The notes under the pieces: model-generated
Told to the model about the DNA's origin: nothing
Databases searched by the model: none
The model's input: only the letters and a program-made list of their open reading frames with translations
In this document: positions 39,246-48,807 of the stretch, in pieces
How the letters are laid out: every line of letters starts with the position of its first letter
Position numbering within the stretch: the first letter of the stretch is position 1
From: Rhodobacteraceae bacterium UBA6141
GTDB lineage: Bacteria; Pseudomonadota; Alphaproteobacteria; Rhodobacterales; Rhodobacteraceae
NCBI GenBank assembly: GCA_002423245.1
Contig: DIVD01000024.1
Span: 29,718 to 93,717 of the forward strand
Direction of reading: 5' to 3'
Length of the DNA: 64,000 nucleotides
Program-made: the position numbers and the translations under genes

Positions 39246-40931
39246 TTACTTGTCGCCCGAGCCCTTCAGCGCCGCACCCAGGATGTCGCCCAGCGAGGCG
39301 CCCGAATCCGACGAGCCGTATTGTTCGACGGCTTCCTTCTCTTCCGCGATCTCGCGCGCCTTGATCGACAGGCCCAGACGGCGGGTCTTCGAATCGACGT
39401 TGGTCACGCGCGCATCCACATGATCCCCGATCTGGAACCGCTCGGGGCGCTGTTCGGCCCGGTCCCGCGACAGATCCGACCGGCGGATGAAGGACTTCAT
39501 CTGGTTGTATTCGACCTCGATGCCGCCGTCCTCGATCGCCGTCACGGTGACGGTGATGATCGAGCCGCGCTTCACCCCGTCAACCGCGTCCGAGAAGGTG
39601 TCGGCGTCCAGCGCCTTGATCGACAGCGAGATGCGCTCCTTGTCCACGTCCACCTCGGTGACGGCGGCTTTCACCACATCGCCCTTGCGGTAGTTCTGGA
39701 TCGCGTCCTCGCCGCGCTGTTCCCAGCTGAGGTCGGACAGGTGCACCATGCCGTCGATGTCGTTCTCGAGCCCGATGAACAGACCGAATTCGGTGATGTT
39801 CTTGACCTCGCCCTCGATGACGGTGCCGACGGGGTGGGTTTCGGCAAACACCTCCCACGGGTTGCGCATGGTCTGCTTGAGCCCCAGCGAGACGCGGCGC
39901 TTGGCGGTGTCGATCTCCAGCACCATGACATCCACTTCCTGCGAGGTGGAGACGATCTTGCCGGGATGGACGTTCTTCTTGGTCCAGGACATCTCCGAAA
40001 CGTGCACCAGCCCCTCGACACCGGGCTCCAACTCGACGAAGGCGCCGTAATCGGTGATGTTGGTCACGCGGCCCTTGTGCACCGAGTTGACCGGGTAGGC
40101 CTTTTCCACGGCATCCCACGGATCGGCCTGAAGCTGCTTCATGCCGAGGCTGATGCGGTGGGTTTCCTTGTTGATCTTGATCACCTGGACCTTGACGGTC
40201 TCGCCGATGTTCAGGATCTCGTTCGGGTGGTTGACGCGGCGCCAGGCCATGTCGGTCACGTGCAGCAGGCCATCGACGCCGCCGAGGTCCACGAAGGCCC
40301 CGTATTCGGTGATGTTCTTGACCACACCGTCCACGACTTCGCCCTCGGCCAGCTTGCTGATCACCTCGGCACGCTGTTCGGCACGCGATTCTTCAAGGAT
40401 CGCCCGGCGCGAGACAACGATGTTGCCGCGGCGACGGTCCATCTTCAGGATCTGGAACGGCTGCTTGAGGCCCATCAGCGGGCCGGCATCGCGCACCGGG
40501 CGCACATCGACCTGCGACCCCGGCAGGAACGCGACAGCGCCGCCCAGATCGACCGTGAAGCCGCCCTTGACGCGGCCGAAGATGGCCCCCTCGACGCGCT
40601 CTTCCTTCTCGTAGGCTTTCTCCAGCCGGTCCCAGGCCTCTTCGCGGCGGGCTTTCTCGCGGCTGATGACGGCCTCGCCGCGCGCGTTCTCGACGCGGTC
40701 CAGATAGACCTCGACGGTGTCACCCACGGCGATGTCCGGGTTTTCGCCCGGATTCGCGAATTCCTTCAGATCGATGCGGCCTTCCATCTTGTAGCCGACA
40801 TCGATGATGGCCTGGCCCGCCTCGATGGCGATGACCTTGCCCTTGACGACCGAACCCTCGTCGGGGGTGTCGATCTCGAAGCTCTCCTGCAGAAGGGCTT
40901 CGAATTCTTCCATAGTCGCTTTGGCGCACAT
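39246..40931 (-). CDS. rpsA: 30S ribosomal protein S1
   Basis: Six S1 repeats (e.g. GSVVKGKVIAIE, GAIFGRVKGGFTVDLGG, GEVVDGVVKNITEYGAFVDLGG). ATG 40931 follows AAAGGAAA. Confidence 0.94.
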   Translation of the reverse strand: MCAKATMEEFEALLQESFEIDTPDEGSVVKGKVIAIEAGQAIIDVGYKMEGRIDLKEFANPGENPDIAVGDTVEVYLDRVENARGEAVISREKARREEAWDRLEKAYEKEERVEGAIFGRVKGGFTVDLGGAVAFLPGSQVDVRPVRDAGPLMGLKQPFQILKMDRRRGNIVVSRRAILEESRAEQRAEVISKLAEGEVVDGVVKNITEYGAFVDLGGVDGLLHVTDMAWRRVNHPNEILNIGETVKVQVIKINKETHRISLGMKQLQADPWDAVEKAYPVNSVHKGRVTNITDYGAFVELEPGVEGLVHVSEMSWTKKNVHPGKIVSTSQEVDVMVLEIDTAKRRVSLGLKQTMRNPWEVFAETHPVGTVIEGEVKNITEFGLFIGLENDIDGMVHLSDLSWEQRGEDAIQNYRKGDVVKAAVTEVDVDKERISLSIKALDADTFSDAVDGVKRGSIITVTVTAIEDGGIEVEYNQMKSFIRRSDLSRDRAEQRPERFQIGDHVDARVTNVDSKTRRLGLSIKAREIAEEKEAVEQYGSSDSGASLGDILGAALKGSGDK

Positions 40932-41101
40932 GCGGTTCAGTTTCCTTTGTAAGCGATTTTCCGGCCATGCGGTTGTCTCCGCCGGTCTTTGGTTGCTGCC
41001 CGTCCGGCGCCCTGCCCGCCAAGGACCGCGAGGGCCTCGGATCGCTCCGGGCCCTTCATGCGGTCCGCTGTCGGGGCGCTGCCGCCTTCCGGACTGGCCG
41101 C

Positions 41102-41130
41102 GATATAGTCGCTCTGCCCGCGCCGGGCAA
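41102..41130 (-). promoter_or_regulatory. putative sigma-70 promoter of rpsA
   Basis: Minus strand reads TTGCCC, 17 nt, then TATATC. This would give a leader of about 165 nt before the rpsA ATG. Confidence 0.4.
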
Positions 41131-41180
41131 GGAAATAACCGCCCTTCCGCGCCCGCCTGCCCGGGGCCCCCGCCCCGGCA

Positions 41181-41801
41181 TCAGTCGCAGGGGCGCGAGA
41201 TGACATCATATTCCGGGGTCGGAAACCGCTCCTCGCCGCTCAGCAGTTTCTCCGCCCGCTTGCCCGGTTCCGGCGCGTCCTCGCCCAGCCATCCCCAGGG
41301 CTGGCCGAGCGTCTCCGGATCCAGTCGCAGCCTCTGGCAGATGCCCTGGCTCGTGACCTCCACCTCATCGGTGCCGCCGCGCAGGTCGATCCGGTAGCCC
41401 GCCTTGCGCCCCGCGCCGGTCACCTCGAACGTCAGCGGCTCGGGGAGTTCGAAGCCGCGCTGCTCCGGCCCCGCATCGCCCTCCACCCGCTCGCCCTCCA
41501 CCCGCTCGCCCTCCGCCCACATGTCTCCACTGGCGAGCCGCACCCGGTAGCGCCCCGGCGGCACCAGCACGCGAAAGAACCGCCCGCCCTCGATGAAGGC
41601 CGCCAGCACCGGCTCGCCCGTCTGCGCGTCGATCAGCAGCAAGGACCGGTCCTCGCCCGGCGCGGTCTGCACCTGCAACGGGAACACGGCCGGCAGCCCG
41701 CTGCGGTTCCACAGCAGGCCGTGCGGACTTTGCGCCGCGGCCGGACTGCCCGCCAGCAGCGCAACAACGAAAAGCCAGCGCAGGAGCTTCGATCTTGCCA
41801 T
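41181..41801 (-). CDS. hypothetical secreted protein with (GERVE) repeat
   Basis: Signal peptide MARSKLLRWLFVVALLAGSPAAAQ, beta-rich middle (GRFFRVLVPPGRYRVRLASGDMW), one Cys pair (ICQ...RPCD). ATG 41801, with ATG 41813 as an alternative. No family recognised. Confidence 0.6.
   Translation of the reverse strand: MARSKLLRWLFVVALLAGSPAAAQSPHGLLWNRSGLPAVFPLQVQTAPGEDRSLLLIDAQTGEPVLAAFIEGGRFFRVLVPPGRYRVRLASGDMWAEGERVEGERVEGDAGPEQRGFELPEPLTFEVTGAGRKAGYRIDLRGGTDEVEVTSQGICQRLRLDPETLGQPWGWLGEDAPEPGKRAEKLLSGEERFPTPEYDVISRPCD
41477..41521. repeat. 3 x 15-bp tandem repeat encoding GERVE-GERVE-G
   Basis: tcgccctccacccgc / tcgccctccacccgc / tcgccctccgcccac, in frame in the secreted hypothetical gene. Confidence 0.9.
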
Positions 41802-41839
41802 GCCCAGCAACATGGGGCGGCCGGGCGCAAAGGCCAAGG

Positions 41840-42469
41840 TCAGCGACGTTTCGCCGCCACCGCCGCGACCGCCCGCGCCACCGCTTCCTCCACGCTCAGC
41901 GAGGAGGTGTCCAGCACCAGCGCATCCGGGGCCGGCCTCAGGGGCGCCGCCGCCCGCTCGCTGTCGCGCCGGTCGCGCTCGATCACCTCGGCGAGCACGG
42001 CGGCATAGGGCAGGGGCGCGGCCTCGCCGCCAAGCTCCTGCCAGCGCCGCCGCGCCCGCACCTCGGGGCTGGCGGTGACAAAGAGCTTCACCTCCGCCTC
42101 GGGGCAGATCACCGTGCCGATATCGCGCCCGTCCAGCACCGCGCCGCCCTCCCGCCGGGCAAAGCGGCGCTGGAACTCCAGCAGCGCCGCCCGCACCTCG
42201 GGCAGAACGGCGATCCGGCTCGCGGCCTGCCCCGCCTCGGCGCTGCGCAGATCTCCGCGCGCCAGATCGGCGGGGGTCAGCGCGCAGGCCGCGACCGGCT
42301 CCGCGCCCTCGGCGACCTTGGCGCCCACCGCACGATACAGCAGCCCGGTATCCAGATGCGCAAGGCCGAACCGCTCCGCCACGGCACGGCCGATGGTGCC
42401 CTTGCCCGCCGCTGCCGGCCCGTCGATTGCCACGGTGAAGGGCGCGGCACCACGAAAGCGGCCGGTCAT
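41840..42469 (-). CDS. cmk: cytidylate kinase
   Basis: [38 protein letters not shown]...[13 protein letters not shown]...[12 protein letters not shown] 42469. Confidence 0.9.
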   Translation of the reverse strand: MTGRFRGAAPFTVAIDGPAAAGKGTIGRAVAERFGLAHLDTGLLYRAVGAKVAEGAEPVAACALTPADLARGDLRSAEAGQAASRIAVLPEVRAALLEFQRRFARREGGAVLDGRDIGTVICPEAEVKLFVTASPEVRARRRWQELGGEAAPLPYAAVLAEVIERDRRDSERAAAPLRPAPDALVLDTSSLSVEEAVARAVAAVAAKRR

Positions 42470-42483
42470 GCAGCTTCTTCCGT

Positions 42484-43440
42484 TCAAAGCGCAAGGATCC
42501 CGCCAAGCCAGCGATCCGCCTCGCCGCTGCGATCGGGCCACGCGGGGTTGCGCCAGCATGCGCCAAGCCAGTCGGACATCTGTGGCGGACTGGGCTTCGA
42601 GAAGCCCGAGACGCGGTACAGCGTCAACTCGTTCAGCACCAGTCGGTCCGCCGCGCGCAGGAAGTCGACGCGCAGATAATCCATCCCCGCCGCGATCCTT
42701 TCGGCGATCCCGATCATTCGGGGAAGTTCGGCGGGGCAGGGCATGTCTGCAAGGCTGATGCGGGGGTTGTCTGGGATGGGCAGGCAGGTCCAGTCCGGCA
42801 GGAAACGCCCCAGCATCCTGCCGCCGTTGGTGCGCTCGATCTGGATGCAGCGGACCTTGCCGTCGAACGTCTCGAACTTGAAATCCAGCGGAAAGGCGCC
42901 ATCCGCCCCACAGAGCAGCTCCTCCACCAGGACGCGGCGCGGGATGGACCAATAGGCCCATTCCTGCTTTCTAAGCCCATAGCGGCGGCGCATCCAGTGG
43001 CGCGCCAAGCGTGCGATCAGCTCCCAGTCGGGCTCCTCGCCCTTCTGCACGAACGCGTTCCAGCCCGAAGCATGATTGGCCTTGATCGCGATCCCGTCGC
43101 CAAGCCGGGCCAGCCACTGCGCCGTCGGCCGGGCGGTGTCGCCCAGCAGGCGGGAAAACAGATCATCGTTCGCGCCGATGCCCAGCCGCTCGCGGACGAA
43201 GCCGCGCATCCGCAGCTTGTCCGACAGGATCGGGTAGAGCGGGTCGCGCACGTTCAGCTTGCGCCACTGAACCTTTTCGTCGATCGTCGCGGGGTCTTGC
43301 AAATTCAACTCTCGCCCGGTGCGGCGCAGGAACTCGGCGCGCAGCCAAGGCACCCCGCGGCGGCGGTCCCGGCTTGCCCGCAAGCCGTGGACGACATCCC
43401 TGAGCCGGTCACGCAGCGCCTCGCGCCATTCGTCGGTCAT
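42484..43440 (-). CDS. TupA-like ATP-grasp family protein
   Basis: [34 protein letters not shown]...[10 protein letters not shown]...[19 protein letters not shown]...YLRVDFL...LVLNELT resembles the ATPgrasp_TupA (teichuronopeptide-type amidoligase) family, from memory. Confidence 0.65.
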   Translation of the reverse strand: MTDEWREALRDRLRDVVHGLRASRDRRRGVPWLRAEFLRRTGRELNLQDPATIDEKVQWRKLNVRDPLYPILSDKLRMRGFVRERLGIGANDDLFSRLLGDTARPTAQWLARLGDGIAIKANHASGWNAFVQKGEEPDWELIARLARHWMRRRYGLRKQEWAYWSIPRRVLVEELLCGADGAFPLDFKFETFDGKVRCIQIERTNGGRMLGRFLPDWTCLPIPDNPRISLADMPCPAELPRMIGIAERIAAGMDYLRVDFLRAADRLVLNELTLYRVSGFSKPSPPQMSDWLGACWRNPAWPDRSGEADRWLGGILAL

Positions 43441-43529
43441 CGCCAGCCTGCCAGGTTTCGCCGGCCAGCAAATTCGCGGTGGTCATGCTGCGGCACGAAG
43501 GCGTTCATACCGATGCCGCGCCGGGTTCG

Positions 43530-44888
43530 TCAACCCGGCGCCGAGGCTCCGGCCGAGATCTCGGCGCCAAGCGCGGCCATCAGCCCCTCGAATGCCGGGA
43601 AGGAGGTGGCGATGGGCGAGCCGTCATCGACCGTGACAGGCTTCTGGCTCGCCAGCCCCAGCACCAGAAAGCTCATCGCGATGCGGTGGTCGATATGGGT
43701 CGCGCAGGTCGCCCCGCCCGGCACGCCGCCAGCCCCCATGCCATGCACGATCAGCGTGTCCTCGTCCTCCTCGACGCGCACCCCGCACGCCTCCAGCCCG
43801 CGCGCCATCGCGTCGATGCGGTCGCTCTCCTTGACCCGCAACTCCCGGACACCGCGCATGATCGTCCTGCCCTCGGCAAAGGCGGCAACGACCGACAGCA
43901 CCGGAAACTCGTCGATCATGCTCGCAGCCCGCGAGGCGGGAGTCTCGACGCCCCTCAGATCCGAGAAGCGCACGCGCAGATCGGCCACCGGCTCGCCACC
44001 CTCCTCGCGCGGGTTGCCGAAGTCGATCCGGGCGCCCATCTCCAGCAATGTTGTAAATAGACCATTCCGGGTCGGGTTCTGACTGACACCAGGCACCGAA
44101 ATGTCGGAACTCTCCACGATCAGCGCCGCGCAGACCGGAAAGGCGGCCGAGGACGGATCGCGCGGCACCGCCACGCCCTGCGCCCGCAACTCCGGCTGGC
44201 CGACAAGGGTGATCACCCGGCCCGCGCCGCTCTCCTCCACATGAAGATCGGCGCCGAAGCCCTTGAGCATCCTCTCGGAATGGTCGCGCGTCGGTTCCGC
44301 CTCGATCACCACCGTCTCGCCCGGCGCGTTCAGCCCGGCCAGCAGCACCGCCGACTTCACCTGCGCGGAGGGGACCGGCGTTGCATAGCGCACCGGCACC
44401 GGATCGGCCGCGCCCACCACCGTCATCGGCAGCCGTCCGCCCGCCCGCCCGAAGGCCCGCGCGCCGAAGAGCGCCAGCGGGTCCGTCACCCGCGCCATCG
44501 GCCGCTTGCGCAACGAGGCATCGCCGGTGAAGGTGGCGGTGATCGGCGAGGTCGCCATGCAGCCCATGATCAGCCGCACCCCGGTGCCGGAGTTGCCGCA
44601 ATCGATGACATCCGCGGGTTCCGCGAAACCGCCGACCCCGACGCCATGCACCGTCCAGCGCCCCGCGCCCTGCCGCGTGACATCTGCCCCGAAGGCCCGC
44701 ATCGCGGCGGCGGTGTCGAGCACGTCCTGCCCCTCCAGAAGGCCGGTCACCACCGTCTCGCCCACCGACAAGGCCCCCAGGATCAGCGCCCTGTGGCTGA
44801 TCGACTTGTCGCCCGGCACCTCTGCCGTCCCGGTCAGCGGACCGGATCTGCGGGCGGTCATCGGGATCGGGACGGCATGGGAGGACAT
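43530..44888 (-). CDS. aroA: 3-phosphoshikimate 1-carboxyvinyltransferase
   Basis: [17 protein letters not shown]...[12 protein letters not shown]...[13 protein letters not shown]. Confidence 0.93.
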   Translation of the reverse strand: MSSHAVPIPMTARRSGPLTGTAEVPGDKSISHRALILGALSVGETVVTGLLEGQDVLDTAAAMRAFGADVTRQGAGRWTVHGVGVGGFAEPADVIDCGNSGTGVRLIMGCMATSPITATFTGDASLRKRPMARVTDPLALFGARAFGRAGGRLPMTVVGAADPVPVRYATPVPSAQVKSAVLLAGLNAPGETVVIEAEPTRDHSERMLKGFGADLHVEESGAGRVITLVGQPELRAQGVAVPRDPSSAAFPVCAALIVESSDISVPGVSQNPTRNGLFTTLLEMGARIDFGNPREEGGEPVADLRVRFSDLRGVETPASRAASMIDEFPVLSVVAAFAEGRTIMRGVRELRVKESDRIDAMARGLEACGVRVEEDEDTLIVHGMGAGGVPGGATCATHIDHRIAMSFLVLGLASQKPVTVDDGSPIATSFPAFEGLMAALGAEISAGASAPG

Positions 44889-44979
44889 CGGCGGGGGCTC
44901 CGTGGCAGGTCTGCGCCGGGGTCATAGCGCAAGCCGCCAGATCCGTCCACTCGGCATCTGTAACGCCCCGCGCCCCGCC

Positions 44980-45094
44980 CTTCTTGCTGGCCGAAATATC
45001 CTCGGGGGGCGCGGGGGGGCAGACAGCCCCCCGCTTCTTCAGCCACGGGGCAGAGAGCCCCCCGCTTCTTCAGTCACGGGGCAGGCAGCCCCCA
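44980..45094 (+). repeat. REP-like intergenic element, copy C, plus 2 x 31-bp tandem hairpin units
   Basis: cttcttgctggccgaaatatcctcgggggg, then hairpin gggggggc-agaca-gcccccc (about 90 percent identical to the reverse complement of copy A). Followed by cttcttcagccacggggcagagagccccccg and cttcttcagtcacggggcaggcagcccccac. Confidence 0.8.
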
Positions 45095-45136
45095 CCGCCC
45101 GGGGCGGCCGTCGGCGCTCCCGCCGGCCGGGCGGGC

Positions 45137-47116
45137 CTACTCTGCCGCGGCCGGTGCGGGTTCGGCCAGCGCCACGATGTCCAGCATGATCCGGTTCAGC
45201 TCGAAGTCCTTGGGCGTGTAGACCCGCGCCACGCCCTGCGCGCGCAGCGTCGCCGCGTCCTCCTCGGGGATGATGCCGCCGACGACGACCGGCACATGGC
45301 CAAGCCCCGCCTCCCGCATCCGCTGCATCACCTCGGCGATCAGCGGCAGGTGGCTGCCGGACAGGATCGACAGGCCCAGCACATGCACCTCGCGCTCGCG
45401 CGCGGCCTCGACGATCTGCCTCGGCGTCAGGCGGATGCCGTCATAGCAGATCTCCATGCCGCAATCGCGGGCGCGGAAGGCGATCTGCTCGGCGCCGTTG
45501 GAATGGCCGTCAAGCCCGGGCTTGCCCATCAGGAAGGTCAGGCGGCGCCCCAGCTTCGTCGATACCGCATCCACCGCCTCGCGGATCGGCTCCAGCCCCT
45601 CGGTCCGGTTCGAGGGGCTGCGCGACACGCCGGTCGGGCCGCGATATTCGCCATGCACCTCGCGCATCACCCCCGCCCATTCGCCGGTGGTCACGCCGGC
45701 CTTCGCCGCCGCGACCGAGGCCGGCATCACGTTCCGCCCCGTGCTTGCGGCCGCGCGCAGCTCGGCCAGCGCCGCCGCCACCGCCGCGGGGTCGCGCGCC
45801 GCGCGCCAGGCCTGAAGCCGCGCGATCTGGTCGGCCTCCACCGCCGGGTCCACCGTCATGATCCCGCCTTCGCTGTCCACCAGCGGCGAGGGCTCGGCCT
45901 CGGTCCAGCGGTTGACGCCGACCACCACCGTCTCGCCGGTTTCCACCCGCCCCAGTCGCGCGGCGTTGGAGGAGACGAGTTGCGCCTTCATGTAGTCGAT
46001 CGCGGCGATGGCGCCGCCCATCGCGTCGAGCGTCGCAAGCTCTGCCCGCGCGCCCTCCTTCAGCTCCTCGACCCGCGCCGCGATCACCGGGTTGCCGTCG
46101 AAGAGGTCGCCATATTCCAGAAGGTCGGTTTCATAGGCCAGGATCTGCTGCATCCGCAGCGACCATTGCTGATCCCAGGGGCGCGGGAGGCCAAGCGCCT
46201 CGTTCCAGGCCGGAAGCTGCACCGCGCGGGCGCGGGCGTTCCGCGACAGCGTGACCGCGAGCATTTCCAGCAAGATGCGATAGACGTTGTTCTCGGGCTG
46301 CTGCTCGGTCAGGCCAAGGCTGTTGACCTGCACGCCATAGCGGAAGCGACGGAACTTCTCCTCCGCGATGCCATAGCGATCGCGGCAGATCTCGTCCCAA
46401 AGCTCGGTGAAGGCGCGCATCTTGCACAGCTCGGTCACGAAGCGGATGCCCGCGTTCACGAAAAAGCTGATGCGGCCGACCATCGCGGGAAACTCCGCCT
46501 CGGGCACCTTGCCCTTCAGGTCGTCCAGCACCGCGACCGCCGTTGCCAGCGCGAAGGCAAGCTCCTGCTCGGGTGTCGCCCCCGCCTCCTGCAGGTGGTA
46601 GGAACACACGTTCATCGGGTTCCATTTCGGCAGATGCACCGCGGTATAGGCGGCGACATCGGTGATCATCGCAAGGCTGGGCCGCGGCGGGCAGATATAG
46701 GTGCCGCGGCTGAGATATTCCTTCACCAGATCGTTCTGCACCGTGCCTTGCAGCGCCGACACCTCGGCCCCCTGCTCCTCGGCCACGGCGATGTAGAGCG
46801 ACAGCAGCCAGGGCGCGGTCGCGTTGATCGTCATCGAGGTGTTCATCTGATCGAGCGGGATGCCGTCGAACAGCGCCCGCATGTCGCCCAGATGCGCCAC
46901 CGGCACGCCGACCTTGCCGACCTCGCCCCGCGCCAGTTCGTGATCGCTGTCATAGCCGGTCTGGGTGGGCAGGTCGAAGGCGATCGAGAGCCCGGTCTGC
47001 CCGCGCGCGAGGTTGGCGCGATAGAGCGCGTTCGACTTCACCGCGGTGGAATGGCCGGCATAGGTGCGGAACAGCCAGGGCTTGTCCCGGGGCGTGACGT
47101 TCTGAACCTCGGTCAT
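45137..47116 (-). CDS. ecm: ethylmalonyl-CoA mutase (B12-dependent acyl-CoA mutase, MeaA type)
   Basis: PWLFRTYAGHSTAVKSNALYRANLARGQTGLSIAFDLPTQTGYD..., with a C-terminal B12-binding domain (DGHSNGAEQIA...GGIIP). Divergent from ccr. ATG 47116. Confidence 0.88.
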   Translation of the reverse strand: MTEVQNVTPRDKPWLFRTYAGHSTAVKSNALYRANLARGQTGLSIAFDLPTQTGYDSDHELARGEVGKVGVPVAHLGDMRALFDGIPLDQMNTSMTINATAPWLLSLYIAVAEEQGAEVSALQGTVQNDLVKEYLSRGTYICPPRPSLAMITDVAAYTAVHLPKWNPMNVCSYHLQEAGATPEQELAFALATAVAVLDDLKGKVPEAEFPAMVGRISFFVNAGIRFVTELCKMRAFTELWDEICRDRYGIAEEKFRRFRYGVQVNSLGLTEQQPENNVYRILLEMLAVTLSRNARARAVQLPAWNEALGLPRPWDQQWSLRMQQILAYETDLLEYGDLFDGNPVIAARVEELKEGARAELATLDAMGGAIAAIDYMKAQLVSSNAARLGRVETGETVVVGVNRWTEAEPSPLVDSEGGIMTVDPAVEADQIARLQAWRAARDPAAVAAALAELRAAASTGRNVMPASVAAAKAGVTTGEWAGVMREVHGEYRGPTGVSRSPSNRTEGLEPIREAVDAVSTKLGRRLTFLMGKPGLDGHSNGAEQIAFRARDCGMEICYDGIRLTPRQIVEAAREREVHVLGLSILSGSHLPLIAEVMQRMREAGLGHVPVVVGGIIPEEDAATLRAQGVARVYTPKDFELNRIMLDIVALAEPAPAAAE

Positions 47117-47442
47117 GCGGGTCTCTCCGAATCCGGGGCCGGCGCGCGCCGGCAAGATAGTTGCGTCTCGAAAGCTGATAGGCGAAACAAACTGTCCCTG
47201 TCAATTCGCCGCGCCGCGGCGCCCCTGCGGCAGCAGGATCCGCCGGGCGGCGGCGGAGCGCGCGGTCTGCGCCCGCGGAAGTGCAAACCCGGCGGAAGCG
47301 GGGGGCGCGCCTGACCGAGTGGTCATAAAATTTCAAGATCACACTGACATGTATTGCAATGTTGCGCGGCCAATCGTATTTCCTAACGGCATGAGCCGCG
47401 TGATTCTGCGCTGCGGCATCCATTTCGGCCAAGGAGACTGTC

Positions 47443-48735
47443 ATGGCTCTTGATATCCAGACCGAGATTGCGCCCTATGACGCGCCCGAGAAGGACCTGT
47501 ACGAGATCGGCGAGATGCCCCCCCTCGGCTACGTCCCCAAACAGATGTATGCTTGGGCGATCCGGCGCGAGCGGCACGGTGAACCCGACAAGTCGATGCT
47601 GGTCGAGGTGGTGGACACCCCCGCGATCGACAGCCACGAGGTGCTGGTGCTGGTGATGGCCGCGGGCGTCAACTACAACGGCATCTGGGCCGGGCTCGGC
47701 GTGCCGATCAGCCCGTTCGACGGCCACAAGGCGCCCTATCACATCGCCGGATCGGACGCTTCGGGCATCATCTGGAAGGTCGGCGACAAGGTGAAGCGCT
47801 GGAAGGTGGGCGACGAGGTCGTGATCCATTGCAACCAGGACGACGGCGACGATGAAGAGTGCAACGGCGGCGATCCGATGTTCTCGCCCAGCCAGCGGAT
47901 CTGGGGCTATGAAACCCCCGATGGCAGCTTCGCGCAGTTCACGCGCGTGCAGGCGCAGCAGCTCATGCACCGGCCCAGGCACCTGACATGGGAGGAGAGC
48001 GCCTGCTACACGCTGACGCTGGCCACCGCCTACCGGATGCTGTTCGGCCACCGCCCGCATGTCCTCAAGCCCGGCGACAACGTGCTGGTCTGGGGCGCCT
48101 CGGGTGGGCTGGGCAGCTATGCGATCCAGCTGATCAACGCGGCGGGGGCGAATGCCATCGGCGTGATCAGCGACGAGGACAAGCGCGCCTTCGTCATGGA
48201 TATCGGCGCCAAGGGCGTGATCAACCGCAAGGATTTCAGCTGCTGGGGCCAGATGCCGAAGGTCGGCACGCCCGAATACGCCGCCTGGTTCAAGGAGGCG
48301 CGCAGGTTCGGCGCCGCGATCTGGGAGATCACCGGCAAGGGCAACAATGTCGACATGGTGTTCGAGCATCCGGGCGAGGCGACCTTCCCGGTCTCGGTCT
48401 TCGTGGTCAAGCGCGGCGGCATGGTGGTGATCTGTGCCGGCACCAGCGGCTTCAACCTGACCTTCGACGTGCGCTATCTGTGGATGCACCAGAAGCGGGT
48501 GCAGGGCAGCCATTTCGCCAACCTCAAGCAGGCCTCGGCGGCGAACAGGCTGATGCTGGAGCGGCGGCTGGACCCGTGCATGTCCGAAGTGTTCCCCTGG
48601 GAGGAGATCCCCCGCGCGCACATGAAGATGCTGCGCAACGAGCACAAGCCGGGCAACATGGCGGTGCTGGTGCAAAGCCCGCGCCCCGGGCTGCGCACCT
48701 TCGAGGACGCGCTGGAGGCGGGGCGGCAGGGCTGA
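47443..48735 (+). CDS. ccr: crotonyl-CoA carboxylase/reductase
   Basis: MALDIQTEIAPYDAPEKDLYEIGEMPPLGYVPKQMYAWAIRRERHGEPDKSM...VLVMAAGVNYNGIWA...VWGASGGLGSYAIQL is a Ccr-type N-terminus in the MDR fold. Confidence 0.9.
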   Translation: MALDIQTEIAPYDAPEKDLYEIGEMPPLGYVPKQMYAWAIRRERHGEPDKSMLVEVVDTPAIDSHEVLVLVMAAGVNYNGIWAGLGVPISPFDGHKAPYHIAGSDASGIIWKVGDKVKRWKVGDEVVIHCNQDDGDDEECNGGDPMFSPSQRIWGYETPDGSFAQFTRVQAQQLMHRPRHLTWEESACYTLTLATAYRMLFGHRPHVLKPGDNVLVWGASGGLGSYAIQLINAAGANAIGVISDEDKRAFVMDIGAKGVINRKDFSCWGQMPKVGTPEYAAWFKEARRFGAAIWEITGKGNNVDMVFEHPGEATFPVSVFVVKRGGMVVICAGTSGFNLTFDVRYLWMHQKRVQGSHFANLKQASAANRLMLERRLDPCMSEVFPWEEIPRAHMKMLRNEHKPGNMAVLVQSPRPGLRTFEDALEAGRQG

Positions 48736-48807
48736 GGCCGGATCCCGGCTGCGAGAAGGCGCGGGGGGCTCTGGCGCGCGCCCGCGCCCTTCGCTAGGTT
48801 TGCGCCG

